Shown here: positions 48,789-57,712 of the stretch, piece after piece
Layout: each line of letters begins with the position of its first letter
Numbering within the stretch: the stretch's first letter is position 1
Notes under the pieces: generated by a model
What the model saw: the letters and a program-made list of their open reading frames with translations, nothing else
The model's database searches: none
Told to the model about the DNA's origin: nothing
Position numbers and translations under genes: made by a program
Source: an uncultured virus (IMG/VR IMGVR_UViG_3300035670_000050)
Taxonomy: Duplodnaviria; Heunggongvirae; Uroviricota; Caudoviricetes
Direction: 5' to 3' (one strand)
IMG/VR virus record: IMGVR_UViG_3300035670_000050
Location: 62,001-120,163 of that record
DNA length: 58,163 nt

Positions 48789-50366
48789 ATGACAAAATAT
48801 TTTTACGAACGAAATACCGACTTTCTAAATTCAAGCCTTAACAAATCATTTGAAGAGATTCTATGGATGTCTATGGATGATTTTCGTCAATGGGTAATTG
48901 ATATGCGAAAGGAAGTAGTTCGTCTTTGGGATGAACAAGGACAACCACCAAGAGTAGGCTGTAATGAGAATGAGATCATTGATCAGTTCAATGAGATGTC
49001 AACATATCCTGTCCATAAGTTTCTTATGAAAGATGAATTGACAAATGAGTTAGATGTAATTCGTAACACTAGTATTACTGGTAATGCTGTTAATCAATGG
49101 TTTCCAACCATGATGAAAACAAAGATCAACTATACGAAAGATGTTGAGAAAGGCAAATCAATCTATGATTACTTTGCCAAAGATGAATTGCTTGAAACAT
49201 TTGTTACATATGCATCACGACATTTCAAAAGAGATTCTTTCTACAGTCATTCAACACCAGTAAAAGAAGGTCAAGTAATTTCGAACATAGGTTCTGTACC
49301 ATTCAAAGTAACATCTGTTGAAAGTTTTGTTGAGTGGTTCGAAACAACAGCTCGTAAGTACGATACACATGATTACTGGTTTGAAGGAACATCTGGTGAT
49401 AATGAGTACACTGGTTATTGTGAAGAACTAAAGAATCAAAAGTATGTTTTGATTTCAAAGAACGATCTTCTCAAACTAAATGTACCTGATCAATGCAAAA
49501 CAAATGTTGATCATAAAGAGGCTCAAACATTTCGTATTCGTTTGTTCAAAAAGGGAAGTAAAATATTCCCTGTAGGATTTAAAGCCTTTCGTGTTTCTTT
49601 TTGTCAATATGCAGTAAACTTTCCCCCACTAACTGCAAAATATCTGTATGAAAGATATACTGAACATATTAAGGCACAAGAACAAATAAACATCTATGAT
49701 CCATCTTCTGGTTGGGGTGGTCGTTTACTTGGAGCTCTATCTGTAGATGATGCAAGAAACATTCACTACATTGGTACTGATCCAAATACAGATCACAATA
49801 CAGAGAATGGTAGAACTAAGTACCATGAGTTTGCTGATTTCTTCAATACAAAAACATATCGTGCAGTAGGTTTGTTTCCTAAGACACACACATATGAAAT
49901 TTACCAATTAGGTTCAGAAGAAATACACAAGAACAAAAACTTTCAGAAGTATAAAGGTAAACTTGATTTGATATTTACTTCTCCACCATATTTTGCAAAA
50001 GAAGCATACTCACAAGATGCCGAACAGTCATACAAGAAATTCAATCAGTATGAATTGTGGAGAGAAGGTTTTCTTCGCAAGACATTAGAAACTTGTGTCG
50101 AATGGCTTGCATCAGATCGGTATCTTCTTTGGAATATTGCCGATGCAGAATTTGGTGGAGAAATGTTGCCTCTTGAACAAGACTCTATCGATATTTTGCA
50201 ATCTTTAGGTATGCAATACAAAGGCAAACTTAAAATGAGTTTGGCACAAATGCCTGGTGGTAACAGAGTTGATGCCGAAACGGGGTTGCCAAAATCTAAA
50301 AACTTCTGTAAAGTAAACGGTCTCTGGCTCAAATATGAACCGATTTTCGTATTTTACAAGGGTTAG
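48789..50366 (+). CDS. Amino (N4-C/N6-A) DNA methyltransferase-like protein
   Basis: SAM motif 'YDPSSGWGGR..GA', 'YIGTDPN', catalytic 'FTSPPY'; long N-terminal region. Confidence 0.82.
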   Translation: MTKYFYERNTDFLNSSLNKSFEEILWMSMDDFRQWVIDMRKEVVRLWDEQGQPPRVGCNENEIIDQFNEMSTYPVHKFLMKDELTNELDVIRNTSITGNAVNQWFPTMMKTKINYTKDVEKGKSIYDYFAKDELLETFVTYASRHFKRDSFYSHSTPVKEGQVISNIGSVPFKVTSVESFVEWFETTARKYDTHDYWFEGTSGDNEYTGYCEELKNQKYVLISKNDLLKLNVPDQCKTNVDHKEAQTFRIRLFKKGSKIFPVGFKAFRVSFCQYAVNFPPLTAKYLYERYTEHIKAQEQINIYDPSSGWGGRLLGALSVDDARNIHYIGTDPNTDHNTENGRTKYHEFADFFNTKTYRAVGLFPKTHTYEIYQLGSEEIHKNKNFQKYKGKLDLIFTSPPYFAKEAYSQDAEQSYKKFNQYELWREGFLRKTLETCVEWLASDRYLLWNIADAEFGGEMLPLEQDSIDILQSLGMQYKGKLKMSLAQMPGGNRVDAETGLPKSKNFCKVNGLWLKYEPIFVFYKG

Positions 50367-50402
50367 TGAGTACTAACTTACTACAATATATAGTAGCAGT
50401 AC

Positions 50403-50455
50403 TGTTGTTTTTATACAACATCTCGTATTGACAATTCCCCCATTTCTGATATAAT
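50403..50455 (+). promoter_or_regulatory. Early sigma70-type promoter with upstream palindrome
   Basis: TGTTGT-N6-ACAACA (50403-50420), 7 bp, TTGACA (50428)-16 bp-TATAAT (50450). Confidence 0.8.
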
Positions 50456-50480
50456 AGTCGTATATTCGATAGGAACTGTT

Positions 50481-52718
50481 ATGACTACTTTTACTTCCCA
50501 AACTAAATCTCAGCTAGCTAAATTGCTTGCGACCGAGAATATTCGTATTGAACACCGTAAAATGAATACGGCTGCATTTGATCCTAAGAACCGTGTTCTA
50601 TACTGTCCCATTTGGAAAGATATGAGTGGCGATCTTTATGACCTTTTGATGGGTCATGAAGTCGGTCACGCTCTTTATACACCTGCACAAGGTTGGCATG
50701 ATGCCGTTTGTGACAATGGTAAGAATTTCAAAGCATTTTTGAATGTTATTGAAGATGCCCGTATTGAGAAGAAAATCAAACGCAAGTATCCTGGTTTGCG
50801 TCCTTCTTTTGTCCGTGCATACAAAACTCTAATAGATCAAGACTTCTTTGGTATTGGAAACAAAGATATCAATGATCTGTCTTTCATTAACCGTTTGAAT
50901 CTCTATACTAAATCTGACTATACTCTGCCTGTTACTTTTGGTGCAGAAGAAAAAGATTTGGTTGACCGTGTTCGTGCTTGTGAAACCTGGGATGATGTAA
51001 TCAAAATCACTGGTGAAGTCTGGGATTATTCCAAGAAAGAACAAGAAGAACAATTCAATTTCAATTATGATTCACCTATGGATGATGCTGAATTCTCTGA
51101 AGGTGAAGAATCAGATGACGGCGAATCTTTCGGTGATGATTATGACGAATCAGAAGATGTTGAAGGTCAAGGTAAAGCTGAAGGCGATACTGATGACGAT
51201 GGTGATGATGATATTGATGAAGAAGGCAATCAAATCAATCGTTTCAAAGATTCATCGCCTTGTGATTCTTTTGATGAACCTACTTGTGAAACTGACGATA
51301 ACTTTCGTAATCGTGAGGGTGATCTTCTTGATGCCAAATCAAAAGACTATCTGTATCTGACATTACCAAAACCTGTTATGAAACAGATTGTCACACCTGC
51401 AAAACGAGTTCATGAGCAGATCGAACAAGATCGTAATGCACGATTCTCTGATGCACAAAAGTGCAAACTTGAGTCTTTGATTCAAGAGTTCAAGAAACGC
51501 AATGAGAAATATGTTTCGCTTCTTGTCAAAGAATTTGAGATGAAGAAGGCTGCATCTCGTTTTGCAAAGGCAAAAGTTGCGAACACTGGTGATATTGATG
51601 TATCTCGCATTTACAAATATCAGGTAGATGACAATATCTTCCGTAAAGTAATGCGTGTACCCAAAGGTAAATCGCACGGTCTTGTGCTTCTTCTTGATCG
51701 TTCTGGTTCTATGACTGAGAACATGGCTGGTTCTATTGAACAGATTCTTGTGCTTACATCATTTTGCCGCAAAGTGAATATTCCCTTTGTCGTTTACGGT
51801 TTCGGTGATCAAGTTCTCGTTCGTAATACTTGTGACTTTCCGAATGAGTTTTCGCCTAATGCTAAAGAGCGTATTACTTGCTTTAGTATGAACCCGAAAG
51901 AACTTCAAATGGGTACCGTATTTTTGCGTGAGTATATGAATTCTAAAATGTCCAATTCAGAGTACACTAAAGTACTTCGTAACATGGTTCAATTGATGAA
52001 TTCGTATGGCCCTGATCGTTTGTTTACTGCTGCAATGTCTGAATCATTGAGTAATACACCAATGAATCAGGCTATGATTGCTCTTTCTGACCTCACTAAC
52101 GAGTTTCGCAAAGTGAACAATCTTGACATTGTAAACACCGTTTTGATTCACGATGGTGATTCTGATTTTTGCAGTTACTACTACAACCCTACCATCGAAA
52201 AGTCTTGGCAAGTAAACGGTATTAGTTACTCATACACCAATGTCTTTATTGTTGACAAGACTACTAAGAAAGAATATCAGATTAAACAATCAGAAGATAT
52301 TCAACCACAGATCATGAACTGGTATTCAGATAAAACTGGTTCAAAGATTTTCGGTTTCTTTGTTTCTTCTGGTAGTCGTTCTACTATTCCAGCTATGATT
52401 CGTGATCACTATGTTGATGAAAAAGGTATTGATCTGAACAATCGTTCCATTTACAAAGATTGGGAATCATCTAAAGAGAAAGTGAATCTTCTTGTGAAAG
52501 AATTCAAGAAAGAAAAACTTTTGATCTCGTACAAACCTGGTTACAATAAGTTCTTTCTGATTTCTGGTGGCAAAGACCTTAAGATTGAAGATGAAGATTT
52601 TACTGTAGAAGGCAAAGTTACTGCATCAAAACTTGCCAATGCGTTTCTGAAACACAATCAAAAACGCCAAGTAAGCCGTGTCCTAGTCTCTAAATTCATT
52701 GATGGGATTGCGGTCTAG
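50481..52718 (+). CDS. CobT-like protein: HExxH metallopeptidase-like domain, acidic linker and vWA domain
   Basis: 'LAKLLATE', 'GHEVGHAL.T', 'N..ED.RIE', MIDAS 'LLDRSGSM'. Confidence 0.85.
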   Translation: MTTFTSQTKSQLAKLLATENIRIEHRKMNTAAFDPKNRVLYCPIWKDMSGDLYDLLMGHEVGHALYTPAQGWHDAVCDNGKNFKAFLNVIEDARIEKKIKRKYPGLRPSFVRAYKTLIDQDFFGIGNKDINDLSFINRLNLYTKSDYTLPVTFGAEEKDLVDRVRACETWDDVIKITGEVWDYSKKEQEEQFNFNYDSPMDDAEFSEGEESDDGESFGDDYDESEDVEGQGKAEGDTDDDGDDDIDEEGNQINRFKDSSPCDSFDEPTCETDDNFRNREGDLLDAKSKDYLYLTLPKPVMKQIVTPAKRVHEQIEQDRNARFSDAQKCKLESLIQEFKKRNEKYVSLLVKEFEMKKAASRFAKAKVANTGDIDVSRIYKYQVDDNIFRKVMRVPKGKSHGLVLLLDRSGSMTENMAGSIEQILVLTSFCRKVNIPFVVYGFGDQVLVRNTCDFPNEFSPNAKERITCFSMNPKELQMGTVFLREYMNSKMSNSEYTKVLRNMVQLMNSYGPDRLFTAAMSESLSNTPMNQAMIALSDLTNEFRKVNNLDIVNTVLIHDGDSDFCSYYYNPTIEKSWQVNGISYSYTNVFIVDKTTKKEYQIKQSEDIQPQIMNWYSDKTGSKIFGFFVSSGSRSTIPAMIRDHYVDEKGIDLNNRSIYKDWESSKEKVNLLVKEFKKEKLLISYKPGYNKFFLISGGKDLKIEDEDFTVEGKVTASKLANAFLKHNQKRQVSRVLVSKFIDGIAV

Positions 52719-52720
52719 AG

Positions 52721-52774
52721 TGTTGTTTTTATACAACAGAGGGGGTTGACAATTCCCCCTTTTTTCGTTATAAT
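52721..52774 (+). promoter_or_regulatory. Early sigma70-type promoter with the same palindrome and an overlapping terminator hairpin
   Basis: TGTTGT-N6-ACAACA (52721-52738), 7 bp, TTGACA (52746)-17 bp-TATAAT (52769); AGGGGG...CCCCCT-TTTTT hairpin around the -35. Confidence 0.85.
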
Positions 52775-52805
52775 GTTTTATATACTTTGATAGGAGTTCT
52801 ATATT

Positions 52806-53990
52806 ATGCCTCGCACTATTAATCGCCAACTTTTCATTGACGCCCTTGTTGCAACCGGTAAAACTTCTTTGACTCGTACTGAAGTCAAAGATGTTGCCAA
52901 AAAAGTAGGAATTGGAAGTATTCAATGGTTTACCAGTGACGAACAAAATCGTCTGAAGCGTGGACTATATAAAGTACCCACTGCTGTTGCAAAACCTGCA
53001 ACAGCTGCTCCCGTAACTATTGAAATGCAAGCTCAGGTTATTCCTATGCAAACTTCTAAAAATCGTATCAGTTCGGTTGTGACTGATCTTGAGGTCGAAA
53101 ACCTTGTACCGAATGTATACAAAAATTATGTACCGTTCGGTCATTTTGACGATCTCGTTTCGATCATCGGTTCGAATCGATTCTATCCGATCTTCATTAC
53201 TGGTCAATCAGGTAATGGTAAAACAATGTCTGTTGAACAGGCTTGTGCCAAACTAAAACGCAAATTCGTTTGCGTCTCTATGACACCTGAAACTGATGAA
53301 AGTGATCTGTTCGGTAATTTCGTTTTGATCAATGGTCAAATGGAATGGCGTGATGGTCCTGTGACTGTTGCTGCTCGTCAAGGTGCAGTACTCTGTATTG
53401 ATGAGATTGACTACGGTTCACAAAACCTTTCCAGTTTGCAGCGTGTTCTTGAAGGCAAACCATTCTTGCTTAAAAAGAAGAATGAACTGATTCAACCTGC
53501 ACCTGGTTTTACAGTTGTTGCCACTGCGAACACAAAAGGTAAAGGTTCAGAAGATGGTCGTTACATGTTCACCAATGTTCTGAACGAAGCATTTCTTGAG
53601 CGTTTTCTCAATACTTACGAACAAGAATGGCCTTCCAACAAAACTGAACAAAAGATTCTTAAGAAAGAACTTGAATCTCTTGGTCGTGCTGATGATGAAT
53701 TTGCTCAGAAACTTGTTACTTGGGCAGAAGTCATTCGCAAAACCTTTGTTGAAGGCGGTGTTGACGAAGTGATTTCCACTCGCCGTCTTGTGCATATTGC
53801 CAAGACCTACTCTGTGTTCGGAGATCGCATTAAGGCAATTACGCTTTGTTTGAATCGTTTCGATGATGATACAAAGATTTCTTTCCTTGATCTCTACACT
53901 AAAGTAGATGCCGGTGCCAACACTGAAACTCTGATGACACAAACACAACCTGTGCCTGAAGAGATTGGCAAAGAAGATATTCCTTTCTAA
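52806..53990 (+). CDS. cobS: CobS/MoxR-like AAA+ ATPase
   Basis: Walker A 'GQSGNGKT', Walker B 'CIDEID', 'ATANTKG.G', 'NEAFLERF', 'ISTRRL'. Confidence 0.9.
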   Translation: MPRTINRQLFIDALVATGKTSLTRTEVKDVAKKVGIGSIQWFTSDEQNRLKRGLYKVPTAVAKPATAAPVTIEMQAQVIPMQTSKNRISSVVTDLEVENLVPNVYKNYVPFGHFDDLVSIIGSNRFYPIFITGQSGNGKTMSVEQACAKLKRKFVCVSMTPETDESDLFGNFVLINGQMEWRDGPVTVAARQGAVLCIDEIDYGSQNLSSLQRVLEGKPFLLKKKNELIQPAPGFTVVATANTKGKGSEDGRYMFTNVLNEAFLERFLNTYEQEWPSNKTEQKILKKELESLGRADDEFAQKLVTWAEVIRKTFVEGGVDEVISTRRLVHIAKTYSVFGDRIKAITLCLNRFDDDTKISFLDLYTKVDAGANTETLMTQTQPVPEEIGKEDIPF

Positions 53991-54006
53991 TTTGCCTTAA
54001 AAAGTA

Positions 54007-54035
54007 TTGACAAATGTATGACCCTGTAGTATGAT
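54007..54035 (+). promoter_or_regulatory. Sigma70-type promoter
   Basis: TTGACA-17 bp-TATGAT. Confidence 0.8.
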
Positions 54036-54039
54036 GTAC

Positions 54040-54089
54040 ACATGTCTGAGAGAACAGTCGCCTTTCAGACATGTTTCTAACCTGCGACT
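54040..54089 (+). promoter_or_regulatory. Putative 5'-UTR H-type RNA pseudoknot
   Basis: 13-bp stem 54040-52/54062-74; loop AGTCGC (54056-61) complementary to GCGACT (54084-89). Confidence 0.6.
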
Positions 54090-54113
54090 ATTTTACTTTA
54101 TGGAGTATTTTGA

Positions 54114-54383
54114 ATGTCTGTTAAATCTAAAGTTCTTAACTATCTGTCCAAGTCCACTGGTTACAACACCCTGACCCCTGCAAAGATGCAGAGCATGTTC
54201 GGTGTTGCAAATCCCTCCGCAACCATTAATGATCTTCGCAATGAAGGTCATGCAATCTACCTGAACAGCCGCATTGTGAACGGCGAGAAAGTTTCTTTCT
54301 ATCGTTTGGGTACACCTACTAAACGAATGATTGCTGCAGGCATCTCTGCTCTGCGCTCGGCAGGAGTTCGTACTTTTGCTTAA
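54114..54383 (+). CDS. Small basic winged-HTH-like protein
   Basis: GGAG RBS; 'KVL.YL....LT.......FGV.N..A.I.DLR..G..I.......Y.LG'. Confidence 0.7.
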   Translation: MSVKSKVLNYLSKSTGYNTLTPAKMQSMFGVANPSATINDLRNEGHAIYLNSRIVNGEKVSFYRLGTPTKRMIAAGISALRSAGVRTFA

Positions 54384-54399
54384 GAAGTAGTAAAAAAAC

Positions 54400-54440
54400 A
54401 AAGAGGAAGCATATATACAAGTGTATGCTTCCTCTTTTTT
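54400..54440 (+). terminator. Rho-independent terminator
   Basis: AAAGAGGAAGCATAT...GTATGCTTCCTCTTT plus T run. Confidence 0.85.
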
Positions 54441-54456
54441 CGTTTATGGGTGAATT

Positions 54457-55272
54457 ATGGAAATTAAAGTTGATATTGAAAAACTAAGACAGAATAAACT
54501 ATTTGTTGCTACACCAATGTACGGTGGAATGGCACATGGTCTTTATATGAAGTCTTCGTTAGATTTGCAAAATGTAATGAACAAATATGGAATTGAATGT
54601 AAATTTTCATTTCTATTTAATGAATCTTTGATCACTAGGGCTAGAAATTATCTCGTTGATGAATTTCTCAGATCAAATTGTACACATATGTTGTTTCTTG
54701 ATTCTGATATTGGTTATTCAGCTCAAGATGTTCTTGCTCTTCTAGCATTAGATAAAGAAGTTATTGGTGCCCCATATCCAAAGAAGGCAATTAATTGGCG
54801 TAACATTATTGAAGCCATCAAAAAGAATCCTGATATCGAAGTTGATGAAGTTCAGAAACTTGTTGGTGACTATGTATTCAATGTAGTGAAAGGTACTAAA
54901 TCATTTTCTGTAACAGAACCTCTTGAAGTGATGGAAATTGGTACTGGTTATATGATGATTAAACGAGAAGTTTTTGATAAGATGAAAGAAGCTTATCCAA
55001 TGATTCATTATAAACCAGATCATGTTGGCCAGAAAAACTTTGACGGTTCAAGGTATATTCATGCTTTCTTTGATACTGTAATTGACTACAAAGAATCTAT
55101 TACTGGTGGTGGTTCAGATCGTTACCTAAGTGAAGACTATATGTTCTGTCAGATGTGGCGTAAAATTGGTGGACAGATTTTCTTGTGTCCTTGGATGAAA
55201 ACTCAACATATTGGCACTTACGCTTTCAATGGTAATATGCCTGCTGTTGCCAATTATACAGGTAAACTATGA
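54457..55272 (+). CDS. GT-A fold (GT2-like) glycosyltransferase
   Basis: 'VATP.YGG', 'ESLITRARN', 'FLDSDI' (DxD), 'GTG.M.I.R.VF', 'SEDY.FC'. Confidence 0.75.
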   Translation: MEIKVDIEKLRQNKLFVATPMYGGMAHGLYMKSSLDLQNVMNKYGIECKFSFLFNESLITRARNYLVDEFLRSNCTHMLFLDSDIGYSAQDVLALLALDKEVIGAPYPKKAINWRNIIEAIKKNPDIEVDEVQKLVGDYVFNVVKGTKSFSVTEPLEVMEIGTGYMMIKREVFDKMKEAYPMIHYKPDHVGQKNFDGSRYIHAFFDTVIDYKESITGGGSDRYLSEDYMFCQMWRKIGGQIFLCPWMKTQHIGTYAFNGNMPAVANYTGKL

Positions 55273-55541
55273 TTGATTACAAATATGATGAAGATCGTCT
55301 TTTGAAAGAATTCAAAGACTATATAGATAGCACTTATGGCGAGCATTACTCAATGAATAAGTTTCAGGCAACTGAATTTATTCTTGATGCTGGCCATGGT
55401 GACGGATTTTGTATAGGAAATATTATGAAGTATGCACAAAGATACGGCAAAAAAGGTGGTTATAACCGAAAAGATTTGCTAAAAGTGTTGCATTACGGAT
55501 TAATTTTACTATATAATCATGACAGTCTAAAAAGAAATTAG
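55269..55541 (+). CDS. DUF3310/SaV-like protein (putative nucleotide kinase family)
   Basis: 'Y..HY', 'GFCIGN..KY..RYGKK.G...DL.K..HY'. Confidence 0.8.
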   Translation: MIDYKYDEDRLLKEFKDYIDSTYGEHYSMNKFQATEFILDAGHGDGFCIGNIMKYAQRYGKKGGYNRKDLLKVLHYGLILLYNHDSLKRN

Positions 55542-55629
55542 ACTGTTAGTGTGAGTAAAATCACACTTTGTTGTGACCCTGTCGAAAAACAGGTATTTAA
55601 AACTTTAACCCTTAAAAAGGAGAATTACC

Positions 55630-56796
55630 ATGGCTGTAAAACCTATTGTAGCATTATCAAAAAACTTCAGATTTACTGACGATCACTTAGAATTCGTAAA
55701 ACAGTCAATCAAAAAAGAATCTTATCCAGCTTATCCAGAACTCTTTGGGGAATTACTTCCTGAAGGATTGGAATTCGTAGATTTCATCTTGATGGAAACT
55801 GATTCAATCTCCCGCTCTTCTGCTCAGTCAAACAGTCAGTTTGTTCGACATGGGGGTGGTAATGATCGTTATGCAGATCACTTGCATGACCTCACAACAA
55901 ATGGATGGAGACTACATGGTCGACCAATCTGTGTTGTTGAAGAAGACAAAGGTTCATATACACTTTTAGATGGACGCACAAAAGATTCTATTCTTGAGTT
56001 GCCAACTCTGAAAGTACGAAACCGCATCGTCGCTTTGTACAAATACACAACAAAAGATACAAGTGTTCGTTCATTTGCTACATTAACATTTGGACTCAAC
56101 GCAAATAAAGAGAACGGTCCTTCTGGTACTGTAAAACTCGATGATATCATTAGTGTTGGAAAGAAGCTTGTTGCTGAAGGTTCTCTTTCATTCAACCGTG
56201 ATGTTGTTGAGAGTTGGGTAAAAGTTGTTGGTGCAGATTTCACACCTTCAAAAATCGAACGAATGACTAGTCTCATTTTTGATCACTCTGCTTATTCTGC
56301 AAGAACTGGTCTTGAACCAAAAGAGTGGAAATTTGGGAATGTAGATTCTTGGTTGAAACAGAACAAATACATCGATACAAACACAGTAATTTATTTTCCT
56401 GTATCTTACAGTACTGTTTCGAAATCAATCTTTGATGCTGCAAAAGTATCACTTATGAACCCCACAAAAGAAGTTCGTGTTGTTATTCACACTGGTCTGT
56501 TGTCTGGCGCTTCATTGGAATCAACTTTCATCACCAGAGTACTACGATTCAAAGAAATGTGGTATGAGAAATTGAGCTACATCAGTTCCGGTTTCTTTGA
56601 TGGAAAAAGCACTTCTGATTTCAAAATCAAATTATATGGTGTAGTTCCTGCTAATTTGGAAGGGCTTTGTCCTGATGATGGAAAATTAATTGTGTTTGGT
56701 AAGAACGATCAGAACATCACAACACAATACTTAACAAACAAAAGTTTATATTCAAAGTTTATTGAAGAAGACGAAGAAGATTCGGAAGAAGTTTAA
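55630..56796 (+). CDS. Hypothetical protein with a possible ParB/Srx-like N-terminal domain
   Basis: AAGGAG RBS; 'L...GW.....PI.V.......LLDGRT'; acidic tail. Confidence 0.55.
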   Translation: MAVKPIVALSKNFRFTDDHLEFVKQSIKKESYPAYPELFGELLPEGLEFVDFILMETDSISRSSAQSNSQFVRHGGGNDRYADHLHDLTTNGWRLHGRPICVVEEDKGSYTLLDGRTKDSILELPTLKVRNRIVALYKYTTKDTSVRSFATLTFGLNANKENGPSGTVKLDDIISVGKKLVAEGSLSFNRDVVESWVKVVGADFTPSKIERMTSLIFDHSAYSARTGLEPKEWKFGNVDSWLKQNKYIDTNTVIYFPVSYSTVSKSIFDAAKVSLMNPTKEVRVVIHTGLLSGASLESTFITRVLRFKEMWYEKLSYISSGFFDGKSTSDFKIKLYGVVPANLEGLCPDDGKLIVFGKNDQNITTQYLTNKSLYSKFIEEDEEDSEEV

Positions 56797-56816
56797 TTTA
56801 AAGGAAAAATTATATT

Positions 56817-57506
56817 ATGAAATTATCTGATACTACATTGGCTGTTTTGAAAAACTTTGGAACCATCAATCAAGGTCTTTTCTTGAAGAAAGGGAAGACC
56901 TTGAAAACTGTTTCCAATCTTAAAAACATTTTTGCTAAGGCTACAATTACAGACGAACTACCAAAAGACTTTGGTATCTATGATATCAATGAATTTTTGT
57001 CTGTTCTTTCTCTACACAAAAACGACCTTGAGTTGGAGTTTGATGAGAAGAATGTAATTATATCTGGGCAAAAAGGCCGTAGTAAAATTAAGTATCGGTT
57101 TTGTGAACCTACAATGATCGTGACCCCTCCAGAAAAAGATTTGCAGATGCCAAGTCCTGAAATTCAAGTCAAACTTTCGGCTGAAGATTTTCGTTGGATT
57201 TTGGACTCTGCAAATGTTTTGGGGTCACCTCAGATCGCTGTAGAATCTGATGGTAGTACAGTCAAAGTACTTACCATCGATCTCGCAAACGATTCTGCAC
57301 ACACACAGTCACTTGAATTAGAATCTGAAGGCAATGGTAATAAGTATCGTATGATTTTCAAAACGGAAAACATTCAGAAACTTTTGACCGGTGCATATGA
57401 TCTTTCTATTTCATCTAAAGGCATTGCTCATTTCAAAAACACAAAGTTTTCGATTGAGTATTACATTACTACTGAAGTTGGTTCTACATTTGAGGCTAAG
57501 AAATGA
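56817..57506 (+). CDS. gp45: Sliding clamp gp45
   Basis: 'MKLS..T...LKNF..IN', 'FGIYD.NEFL', 'G.Y...IS..G'. Confidence 0.93.
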   Translation: MKLSDTTLAVLKNFGTINQGLFLKKGKTLKTVSNLKNIFAKATITDELPKDFGIYDINEFLSVLSLHKNDLELEFDEKNVIISGQKGRSKIKYRFCEPTMIVTPPEKDLQMPSPEIQVKLSAEDFRWILDSANVLGSPQIAVESDGSTVKVLTIDLANDSAHTQSLELESEGNGNKYRMIFKTENIQKLLTGAYDLSISSKGIAHFKNTKFSIEYYITTEVGSTFEAKK

Positions 57507-57679
57507 GATTCAAATACTTTATTGATAAAGAAAAAAATGTTAGTATAGCCATCAATCCAGATGAAGTATATCTTGTAGAAGATTCTCCACTAGGAACAAG
57601 AATTCTTTTCACTAATAATTCTTATGTTGTAGTGACAGAGAACTACATGATGGCTGTTACGAGGTTGAGTGAGTTTTAA
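57503..57679 (+). CDS. 58-aa protein, FlbD-like pattern (not in ORF track)
   Basis: ATGA overlap with the gp45 stop; MRFKYFIDKEKNVSIAINPDEVYLVEDSPLGTRILFTNNSYVVVTENYMMAVTRLSEF. Confidence 0.55.
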   Translation: MRFKYFIDKEKNVSIAINPDEVYLVEDSPLGTRILFTNNSYVVVTENYMMAVTRLSEF

Positions 57680-57712
57680 TTTCAATGATTTATTTGATGA
57701 AGGATTTATATA

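Noticed and set aside
50481..53990. Cobalamin-biosynthesis auxiliary genes
   Set aside because: No cobN or other cob genes. Phage CobS/CobT-like proteins are generic MoxR AAA+/vWA pairs.
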